The position numbers were made by a program, and so were the translations under genes. A stretch of 64,000 nt of DNA from an uncultured Rhodospirillaceae bacterium (GTDB lineage Bacteria; Pseudomonadota; Alphaproteobacteria; UBA2966), in contig CAYFKJ010000004.1 in the NCBI GenBank assembly GCA_964343605.1, forward strand, positions 60,574-124,573, read 5' to 3'. Below, in pieces: positions 29,358 through 36,690 of this stretch. The first letter of the stretch is position 1. Each line of letters begins with the position of its first letter. The notes below the pieces were generated by a model. The model was not told the origin of the DNA and searched no databases. It saw only the letters and a list, made by a program, of their open reading frames with translations.

Positions 29358-30428
29358 CTACATCCTGACATGCGCCGACGCATTGAGGGTGCCCCGTGCA
29401 CCGCGCCAGTCGTCAATGTGATACTTGGTGAACGGCAGGTTGGTCAGCTCGAAGAAACGCGGCCAGCCGATGCGCTCGATCCATTCGCCGACGCGCTCCC
29501 AGTCGCGGGCGTCTTCCTTGTAGACGCGCAGGATGGTCTTCACGACCTCGGCCGCTTCGGGCCAGCGCGGCGCGTTGTTGGGAATACCGGCCGCCACCAG
29601 CTTGTGGAAGGTCGGCTTGGAACGCGCATTGGAATGCTTGCCGCCGACGAACACCGCGAGCTTGGTGTAGACCGGGTCGTTGATCTGCATGGGCGGGCAC
29701 GGCGGATAGCAGGCGCCGCAGCACATGCACTTGCTCTCATCCACTTCCAGCGAGGGCTTGCCGTTGACCAGGGCCGGGCGGATCGCCGCCACCGGACAGC
29801 GCGCCACCACCGAGGGCCGCTCACAGACATTGGCGACCAGGTCGTGGTTGATGGCCGGCGGCTTGGTGTGCTGGATGTTGATGGCGATGTCGCCCTGGCC
29901 GCCGCAGTTGATCTGGCAGCAGGACGTCGTCAGCCGCACCCGGTTGGGCATCTCCTCGTTGCGGAATTCGTCGATGATCTCGTCCATCAGCGCCTTGACG
30001 ACGCCCGAGGCATCCGTTCCCGGAATATCGCAGTGCAGCCAGCCTTGCGTGTGCGACACGGTGGAGACGGAATTACCGGTGCCGCCGACCGGAAAACCGG
30101 CCTCCTCCAGGGCATCGATCAGCGGGTCGACCTTGGACTGATCGGCCAGCATATATTCGATGTTGGAACGCGAGGTGAAGCGGACATGGCTCTCCGCGTG
30201 TTCGTCGGCGATGTCGCACAAAAGACGGATTGTATGGACATCAAGCTGACGCGGCGTGCCGGCCCGCACCGTCCAGACCTCGTCACCCGAATGGGAAACG
30301 TGGTGCAGCACGCCGGGGCGCGGACGTTCATGCCATTTCCAATCGCCGTAATTGGCTTTCAGCGTCGGATGCATGAGCGGGAAGGGATCGGGCACCCCGC
30401 TTTCGATCGGTTCACGCATTTCGGACAT
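29358..30428 (-). CDS. dsrB: dissimilatory sulfite reductase beta subunit (reverse type)
   Basis: 356 aa. Siroheme/Fe-S Cys motifs (TSCCQINCGGQGD) and inserted ferredoxin domain CMCCGACYPPCP. Confidence 0.93.
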   Translation of the reverse strand: MSEMREPIESGVPDPFPLMHPTLKANYGDWKWHERPRPGVLHHVSHSGDEVWTVRAGTPRQLDVHTIRLLCDIADEHAESHVRFTSRSNIEYMLADQSKVDPLIDALEEAGFPVGGTGNSVSTVSHTQGWLHCDIPGTDASGVVKALMDEIIDEFRNEEMPNRVRLTTSCCQINCGGQGDIAINIQHTKPPAINHDLVANVCERPSVVARCPVAAIRPALVNGKPSLEVDESKCMCCGACYPPCPPMQINDPVYTKLAVFVGGKHSNARSKPTFHKLVAAGIPNNAPRWPEAAEVVKTILRVYKEDARDWERVGEWIERIGWPRFFELTNLPFTKYHIDDWRGARGTLNASAHVRM

Positions 30429-30467
30429 TCTTCTCTCCGGCTCTTCCTGTTTGGTATTCCCAGCCGC

Positions 30468-31730
30468 TTATTCCGCGGCTTCGGTGGCGGCGTCGCCCTT
30501 GCGGGCCTGCCATTTAGCGGCTTCCTCGTCCCAACCGTCGGTGCGGACGTAGGAATTGGTGCGCGGATGGCCGATCATGTTGGGATCGATATCGAGGCCG
30601 ACGGCTTCGAGGTAGTTCACCAAACCGATGCGGTCGATGGTTTCGCCGACGCGCTCATGCTCCAGCGCATTCTCGGCGAAGAAGTCGACCGTGTCCTGCG
30701 CCAATTCGAGCAGGCGGTCGAAATCCTCGTCGCTTTCCAGTTCCATGAACGGCACGACGACGGTGCCCATCAGATCGCCGATCTTGAGCGAACGCTTGCC
30801 GCCGAGACAGACCGTGACGCCGCGCTTCTTGCCCGGCGACAGCGCCTTGGTCATGACGTTGATGCAGTGCATGCAACGCACGCAGGAAGCATCGTCGACC
30901 TCCATGGTGTCGTCGTCGTTGAGCGTGATGGCATTGGTCGGGCAATTCATCTGCACGGCTTCGGTGAAGTACTTGCGGCCGTGTTCGTCGAGGTAATTCT
31001 TGACCTCGTCCTGGTCGATCTGCATTTCGTCGGCCCAGGTGCCGAGGACGGCGAAGTCCGAGCGGTGGATGGCGTTGACGCAATCGTTCGGACAACCCGA
31101 AAATTTGAACTTGAACTTGTAAGGCAGCGCAGGGCGGTGCATTTCGTCGATCAGATCGTTGATGATCATCCGGTGCGCCCGGATTTCATCGTAGCAGGAC
31201 TGTTCGCAGCGGGCGTGGCCGACGCAGCTCATGGAGGTGCGCAGGGCGGGACCGGCGCCGCCGAGGTCGAAGCCGTTTTCGTTCAGTTCGTCGAAGGCTT
31301 CCTGCACCTTTTCCGTCGTGCAGCCCTGGAACATGATGTCGCCGCTCTGGCCGTGGAGTGCGATCAGGCCGGAGCCGTGCTTCTCCCAGATGTCGCACAT
31401 CTTGCGCAGGGTGTCGGTGTCGTAGTGCATGCCGGCAGGCGGCTGCACGCGCAGGGTATGGAATTCGGACGACTCGGGATAATCCTCGGCAACCTCCGAG
31501 AAACGCGGAATGACGCCGCCGCCGTAGCCGTAGACGCCGACCGTACCGCCCTTCCAGAAACCCTTGCGGGTCTCGTAGGAATGCTCCAACTGGCCGACGA
31601 GATCCTTCATCATATCGGCGTATGGTTTTTCCTCGTCGTTGGCGAGGCGCTTGAGGCCGGTTACGAAACTCGGCCAGGGACCGGTTTCCAGTTCGTCCAG
31701 CATCGGCGTTTCGCGCATTTTCTTCGTCAT
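30468..31730 (-). CDS. dsrA: dissimilatory sulfite reductase alpha subunit (reverse type)
   Basis: N-terminus ETPMLDELETGPWPSFVTGLKRL is typical of DsrA. Cys motifs SGCPNDCVNA and ferredoxin domain CVRCMHCINVM. Start at ATG 31730, preceded by GGGAGAAAAAG; the track ORF extends to 31808. Confidence 0.93.
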   Translation of the reverse strand: MTKKMRETPMLDELETGPWPSFVTGLKRLANDEEKPYADMMKDLVGQLEHSYETRKGFWKGGTVGVYGYGGGVIPRFSEVAEDYPESSEFHTLRVQPPAGMHYDTDTLRKMCDIWEKHGSGLIALHGQSGDIMFQGCTTEKVQEAFDELNENGFDLGGAGPALRTSMSCVGHARCEQSCYDEIRAHRMIINDLIDEMHRPALPYKFKFKFSGCPNDCVNAIHRSDFAVLGTWADEMQIDQDEVKNYLDEHGRKYFTEAVQMNCPTNAITLNDDDTMEVDDASCVRCMHCINVMTKALSPGKKRGVTVCLGGKRSLKIGDLMGTVVVPFMELESDEDFDRLLELAQDTVDFFAENALEHERVGETIDRIGLVNYLEAVGLDIDPNMIGHPRTNSYVRTDGWDEEAAKWQARKGDAATEAAE

Positions 31731-31905
31731 CTTTTTCTCCCGACCGTCAGCCATCTCATGTCTCTCAAGCCGTCGCCACCCCCACGCCTTTCGGCGTTCT
31801 CCCGGCAAGACTTTCGAGGTTTCCGGTATATTATTGTGGAGCGCCGGCCACCGATCGCCTCAGTTGTCGACGATCAATTTAGGCGTTTCCTAATTCGTAC
31901 ATTAT

Positions 31906-31919
31906 AATATGCTCATATT
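31906..31919. promoter_or_regulatory. palindrome AATATG-CT-CATATT next to a palindromic TATAAT element (ATTATAAT, 31901-31908) in the dsrA / tauD-like divergent region
   Basis: 6-2-6 inverted repeat read directly. A near copy TATGCTTATATT lies at 32021-32032. The region 31880-32040 is strongly AT-rich against a 64% GC background. Confidence 0.35.
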
Positions 31920-32107
31920 CGAATTCGTGGCCAGAAGAATCTCTTCGAGGGTATGATTTTCTCTTTTTAAAATTGTTCTAAATCACCTTATAAGACTTCT
32001 AAAATGAAGGTATAGTAGACTATGCTTATATTAACCATCCTGAGAGTTGATCCACTTGGAAGGGTCCTCCACCGGAATGCCGCGGGCGCTCCCAGGGACG
32101 GCACGGC

Positions 32108-33037
32108 ATGATCACCGCCGCAACCGCCTTCCGCAAACGTTGGGGCGGCGATCCCTTTTCGCTGGATGATCACGCCGCCTACCGCCGCTGGCGCGAGGAC
32201 AAATTGGACCGCTATCCCCTTGGCGTCGACGATTTGATGGTCGAGGTCGCCGACACCGCCGCCCCCACCGGGGCCGAGTTGGCGGCGATCCGCCGGCGCG
32301 TCGGCGCCGCGAACATGTGCCTGATCCGGGATACCGCCAGGCGGCTGCCGGCGCGCGACCGCTTCCTTGAGTTCCTCGCCCACTTCGGCCTGAAGCGTCT
32401 GGAACCTCACCTCTTGTCGGACAGCGACGGCATCTCATCGATCACACCCGGCAGCGACGGCCGGGGCAAAGACGAGTACATCCCCTACACCACCCGGCCG
32501 ATCAACTGGCACACCGATGGCTATTACGCCGAGCCGCCCTCGCCCATCAACGCCATTGTGCTTTATTGCGTTAAGGCGGCCTCGGACGGCGGCGACAGCG
32601 CGCTCCTGGATCCCGACATCGCCTACATCCGCCTGCGCGACGAAGATCCTGCGCATATCGAAGCATTTTCTCGCGACGACGTCCTCACCATCCCGGCCAA
32701 CCGAAGGGGCGGCGTGGAGATCAGGCCGGACCGCGTCGGTCCCGTTTTTTCCGTTGATCTGGCGACCGGTGAGTTGCGCATGCGTTATACCGCGCGCACC
32801 GTCAGCATCGTCTGGCGCGACGATGCGCCAACCGCCGCCGCCCGCACAGCCCTGGACAATCTCCTCGACGAGGAGGGTGGGGAAGCGGCGGTCGTGAGGT
32901 TGAGGATGGACGACGGTGACGGCTTGATCAGCAACAACATTCTGCACAAGCGAAGCGGATTCGCGGATGAAAGCCGCCTCTTGTACCGTGGTCGTTTCCT
33001 GGACCGGGTGGCGACGCAAACGGAGCTCCCACGATGA
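32108..33037 (+). CDS. TauD/TfdA-family Fe(II)/2-oxoglutarate-dependent dioxygenase-like protein
   Basis: 309 aa. HxD facial-triad motif INWHTDGYY, distal ISNNILHKRSGF, and a jelly-roll-like pattern. Confidence 0.7.
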   Translation: MITAATAFRKRWGGDPFSLDDHAAYRRWREDKLDRYPLGVDDLMVEVADTAAPTGAELAAIRRRVGAANMCLIRDTARRLPARDRFLEFLAHFGLKRLEPHLLSDSDGISSITPGSDGRGKDEYIPYTTRPINWHTDGYYAEPPSPINAIVLYCVKAASDGGDSALLDPDIAYIRLRDEDPAHIEAFSRDDVLTIPANRRGGVEIRPDRVGPVFSVDLATGELRMRYTARTVSIVWRDDAPTAAARTALDNLLDEEGGEAAVVRLRMDDGDGLISNNILHKRSGFADESRLLYRGRFLDRVATQTELPR

Positions 33038-33225
33038 TACTCATGAGCCAGGTCTTGAAGATGCACGAAGACCTCACGTCGTTCGAGGAACTGGTGCCCG
33101 TCGTGCAGGCCTTGGGTGAGCAGGGCCAGATCCTGATCAGCATGGATCAGAAACCGCCCTACCCCGACACGCCGGACGATTGGGAACTCAAGCTGGAGAA
33201 CGCCTTTACCTGGGGCGGGAGGTAG
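33034..33225 (+). CDS. hypothetical 63-aa acidic protein, translationally coupled to the dioxygenase
   Basis: ATGA start/stop overlap with the upstream gene. No recognisable family. Alternative in-frame ATGs at 33043 and 33061. Confidence 0.4.
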   Translation: MILMSQVLKMHEDLTSFEELVPVVQALGEQGQILISMDQKPPYPDTPDDWELKLENAFTWGGR

Positions 33226-33230
33226 ACGCC

Positions 33231-33452
33231 ATGGCGGGGGAGTTTGAGACGGAAGTGAACGATATGGGGGCGGTCGACCTTCCCTACGGCAAGGACGTGC
33301 GCGCGGAAGAGATCGTTTACGAAAGCGGCATGAGGCTGCTGCGCCTGCGCATCAAGGAGGGCCGGCGGCACACCGTACTGGAGGTCGACCCGGCCAGCGC
33401 CGCCGCCTGGAGCAAGCTGATGGGCGACTGGGCCGAAACTAATTCAGCTTGA
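33231..33452 (+). CDS. hypothetical 73-aa protein (MAGEFETEV...MRLLRLRIKEGRRHTVLEVDPASAAAW...)
   Basis: ATG 33231 is preceded by GGGAGG 8 nt upstream and lies 5 nt after the previous stop. Coding-like third-position GC. Confidence 0.55.
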   Translation: MAGEFETEVNDMGAVDLPYGKDVRAEEIVYESGMRLLRLRIKEGRRHTVLEVDPASAAAWSKLMGDWAETNSA

Positions 33453-33660
33453 TCTTACGCTCCAGAGGGGCACTCCGGTTTGACGGGGAAGCCATCCGAT
33501 TTGGTCTTCGCGACATCGGTCTGCGGGCGGTTGAATTCAGGTGATCCGAATACTCGACGGTGCCCCTCAAACTATCTCACAACGCGGTGAAGCGACCGGA
33601 TTAAACGGCATGAGTTGAATAGAGTACGCGAGGTATGTCGCGAAAACCTCCGTCTAACTC

Positions 33661-33760
33661 CCACCCACCCTGTCCCTCCCCCACGCTGGGGGGAGGGAAC
33701 TCGCTTGGCCGCCCCATGGCCCTCCCCCCTCGTGGGGGAGGGTTGGGTGGGGGGGACAGC
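33661..33760. repeat. REP-like GC-rich element with two tandem hairpins (CCCTCCCCC-loop-GGGGGAGGG)
   Basis: Hairpin 1 at 33673-33698 (10 bp) and hairpin 2 at 33720-33742 (9 bp) share the same arm sequence. They are flanked by CCACCCACCC and GGTTGGGTGGGGGGG. Confidence 0.6.
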
Positions 33761-34897
33761 GGCACTCAGTGGCGCGTGGTCTCGGGTGGCGGCGCTATCG
33801 CAATTGCGCTCCTCTGGGCGCTCGGCGATTTCCCTTGGCGGCACATCTCCCTCTACATCGTCGGATTGGCCCTGGGCGTGGTGCTCTATCATGCGGCGTT
33901 CGGTTTCACATCCGCCTACAGGCGCATGATCACCGCCCGCGAGGTGGCCGGGGCACAGGCGCAACTGGTGATGCTGGCGGCGGCAACCTTGCTGTTCGCA
34001 CCCGCCCTGGCCGACGGAGCGCTGTTCGGCAGGGCTGTCGGCGGCGCCGTCGCCCCCGTCGGAGTGCAGGTGGCCGTGGGAGCATTGATGTTTGGTCTCG
34101 GCATGCAACTGGGCGGCGGTTGCGGCTCGGGCACGCTCTATACCGTGGGCGGGGGTAGCGCGCGCATGGTCCTCACGCTCGTCGCGTTTTGTGCCGGTTC
34201 TTTTTGGGCCAGTCTTCACATGCAATGGTGGGTGACGACACCGCGATTGCCGGGTATTGCACTGGGCGACACGGTGGGCTGGCCGGCGGCGGTTATCCTG
34301 CAACTGATCGTACTGGCCGGGCTTTACCTCCTTCTGTCGCGCTGGGGGCGGCGGACGTCGCCGTCGGCGCTGAGCGCGGGCTTGAGCTCCAGGCTCCTGC
34401 ACGGCCCTTGGCCACTTATCTGGGGGGCATTGGCATTGGCGGCCCTCAATTTCGTCACCCTGGCGCTGGCCGGACACCCCTGGACCATCACATGGGCCTT
34501 CACGCTGTGGGGCGCCAAAGCCGCGACACTGCTGGGTTGGAGCCCGGCCGGCGACTGGTTCTGGACGGGCGGTTTCACGGAAAAGGCGTTGAACGCCGGC
34601 ATCCTCCATGACAACACCTCCGTCATGGATATCGGCATCGTCATCGGTGCCTTGATGGCGGCGGGGCTGGCCGGCCGCTTCGCCCCCAACCTGCGCATTC
34701 CTGTGCGCAGCGCCGCCGCCGCCGTTCTTGGCGGCCTGTTGATGGGCTACGGCGCGCGCATCGCCTTCGGCTGCAACATCGGCGCCTTCTTCTCGGGCGT
34801 CGCGTCCACCAGCCTGCACGGCTGGTTGTGGATCGCCTGCGCCCTACCGGGGACTTGGCTTGGCGTCAAAATGCGTCCATGGTTCGGCCTCGATTAA
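33716..34897 (+). CDS. YeeE/YedE family sulfur-compound (thiosulfate-type) transporter
   Basis: Two-fold repeated membrane protein with conserved blocks GMQLGGGCGSGTLY and RIAFGCNIGAFF. The start is uncertain: candidates are ATG 33635, ATG 33716 and GTG 33776, and the first two read through the REP-like element. Confidence 0.8.
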   Translation: MALPPRGGGLGGGDSGTQWRVVSGGGAIAIALLWALGDFPWRHISLYIVGLALGVVLYHAAFGFTSAYRRMITAREVAGAQAQLVMLAAATLLFAPALADGALFGRAVGGAVAPVGVQVAVGALMFGLGMQLGGGCGSGTLYTVGGGSARMVLTLVAFCAGSFWASLHMQWWVTTPRLPGIALGDTVGWPAAVILQLIVLAGLYLLLSRWGRRTSPSALSAGLSSRLLHGPWPLIWGALALAALNFVTLALAGHPWTITWAFTLWGAKAATLLGWSPAGDWFWTGGFTEKALNAGILHDNTSVMDIGIVIGALMAAGLAGRFAPNLRIPVRSAAAAVLGGLLMGYGARIAFGCNIGAFFSGVASTSLHGWLWIACALPGTWLGVKMRPWFGLD

Positions 34898-34924
34898 AGG
34901 ACCAACATCGCGAGGGGGAATGCC

Positions 34925-35362
34925 ATGAAGCTCGCCACCGAAGATCCTTGGATGCCGGCGCCGGACTACGGCAAGTCTTTGAAGGGCCTAGGCATCAACC
35001 TGCTCGTCCGCGACGTCTCGCGATCGGTCGCCTTCGCCGTCGAAGTCCTGGGCGCCGAAATCGTTCACGACGACCCCGACTTCGCCGTCCTGCGTCACGG
35101 TGGCGCGGAGTGGATGGTGCACGCCGACCATACCTACCGGGACCACCCCCTTCACGGCAGTCTTTCGGACGACCTGCCACGCGGCATCGGCGCGGAGCTC
35201 AGGCTGCACGGCTGTGATCCCGACAAGGCGGAGGAAAGAGCGCGTGAGCTCGGCTTCACGGTGCTGGACGGAACGATGGACAAACCGCACGGCCTCCGCG
35301 AGGTCTACATTCTGGATGCCGACGGCTACCTCTGGGTGCCCGACGTGCCGCTCGTCGATTAG
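34925..35362 (+). CDS. VOC (glyoxalase/bleomycin resistance) family protein
   Basis: 145 aa. beta-alpha-beta-beta-beta pattern (GINLLVRDVSRSVAFAVEVLGAEIV ... YILDADGYLWV). Confidence 0.7.
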   Translation: MKLATEDPWMPAPDYGKSLKGLGINLLVRDVSRSVAFAVEVLGAEIVHDDPDFAVLRHGGAEWMVHADHTYRDHPLHGSLSDDLPRGIGAELRLHGCDPDKAEERARELGFTVLDGTMDKPHGLREVYILDADGYLWVPDVPLVD

Positions 35363-35374
35363 GATGCACCCAAG

Positions 35375-36523
35375 TCATTTCAAGCTGATTTCCCCGCCAT
35401 CCCAACGGCGCACCAACACTATCGCCAGCAATAGCGCCGCCAGCGAAACGGCCGCCATGGCCTGAAAGGCGCCGGCGCCGAAGGTTTCGTAAAGCAGACC
35501 CGCCGCCGGCATGGCCAGACCGAGGGCAATCCCAAGCGCCACGGCGGAATAGATGCTCTGGGCCGTGGCGGAGATCGCTTGCGGCGCCGCCCGCGTCAGA
35601 AAGTGCATGGCGCCTAGGTGCGTGGCGCCGAATGTCAGACCATGGAGTAGCTGCAGGCCGACAAGCCAGACCACGTCCGTCGTCAAACCGGTCAGCCACC
35701 ACCGAAGGATTCCCGCACCGGCGCCGATGACCAGCAGCCCGCCGGGGCCGAGACGCCGAAGCACCCAGGCCCCGAAGGCAAACAACACGATTTCGGCAAC
35801 CACGCCCTCCGCCCACAACAAGCCGATGACACCGTCGCCGATGCCGGCGGCCCGCCAGTGGATCGTCCCGAACCCCATAAGCACCGCATGGGATGCCTGG
35901 GCAAGGCCGGCGGCCGAAAGAAAGAGAACGAACGTCGGTACAGACAGAAACCGTCGGATCGCCTTGGCGGGAACCGCCGACCTCGGTGTTGCCGAATCGG
36001 GCATCAGGTAGCTTGCCACGAACGTGATGCCGAGAGCGCCGAGAACCAACCAGAGGATCCACTCCTCGCTGCGCCCTTCCAGCCAGCGTCCGCCCAGAAG
36101 GGCGGCGAGGATGAATGTGATGGAACCCCACAACCTGATGCGGCCGTAATCCAGCCCGCCCCGGTAGCTCGCCCTCAGCACCAGGGTGTCGGCCAGCGGC
36201 AGCATGGCGGAAAAGGCGACGGCGTAAATCGCCGTGACGGCCAGGATTTGCCAAAAGCCGGTCGCGCCGAGGTATAGCGTGGCGACGGCAAGGGCGGCGG
36301 CGGCGAGGACGATGATCGGCCGGCGCCGCTCGCCCCGGCGATCGGCGATACGGGCAATCAGCGGGTTCCCGACGATCTTTATCCAGGCGGCGGTCGACAA
36401 GATCCAGCCGATTTCGGTCGGCGTCAGGCCCCGGAACTGAAGCCAGGCCGGCCAGAACGGCATATGAAAACCGACGACCAGAAAAATCGCGCCGTAGAAG
36501 AAGGAGAGCCGGACGGCAACCAC
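35375..36523 (-). CDS. MFS transporter (HcaT/nucleoside-H+ symporter-like)
   Basis: 382 aa, 12 predicted hydrophobic segments. Loop 2-3 motif IADRRGERRRP. Confidence 0.8.
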   Translation of the reverse strand: MVAVRLSFFYGAIFLVVGFHMPFWPAWLQFRGLTPTEIGWILSTAAWIKIVGNPLIARIADRRGERRRPIIVLAAAALAVATLYLGATGFWQILAVTAIYAVAFSAMLPLADTLVLRASYRGGLDYGRIRLWGSITFILAALLGGRWLEGRSEEWILWLVLGALGITFVASYLMPDSATPRSAVPAKAIRRFLSVPTFVLFLSAAGLAQASHAVLMGFGTIHWRAAGIGDGVIGLLWAEGVVAEIVLFAFGAWVLRRLGPGGLLVIGAGAGILRWWLTGLTTDVVWLVGLQLLHGLTFGATHLGAMHFLTRAAPQAISATAQSIYSAVALGIALGLAMPAAGLLYETFGAGAFQAMAAVSLAALLLAIVLVRRWDGGEISLK

Positions 36524-36545
36524 GACGCTATGTGCACCGGGGGAT

Positions 36546-36619
36546 TGGAGCGGGCGAGGGGAATCGAACCCCCGTCTTAAGCTTGGGAAGCTCCTGCTCT
36601 ACCATTGAGCTACGCCCGC
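36546..36619 (-). tRNA. tRNA-Gly (anticodon CCC)
   Basis: Reverse complement GCGGGCGTAGCTCAATGGTAGAGCAGGAGCTTCCCAAGCTTAAGACGGGGGTTCGATTCCCCTCGCCCGCTCCA folds as a cloverleaf. Anticodon loop TTCCCAA, T-loop GGTTCGATTCC, encoded CCA. Confidence 0.95.
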
Positions 36620-36690
36620 CGTGTCCAAGCCGGTCATTTCCTAGAATAAAAACCGCGCGATGGGAAACAATTTCGGCACCCCGCGTCCAC

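Noticed and set aside
29370-31907. 845-aa ORF on the plus strand
   Set aside because: It is antisense to dsrB and dsrA, both of which carry clear family motifs. The antisense translation has none, so it is a high-GC artefact.
33572-34819. 415-aa ORF on the minus strand
   Set aside because: It is antisense to the YeeE transporter gene. It is extremely Arg/Gly/Ala/Gln-rich with no hydrophobic or catalytic pattern.
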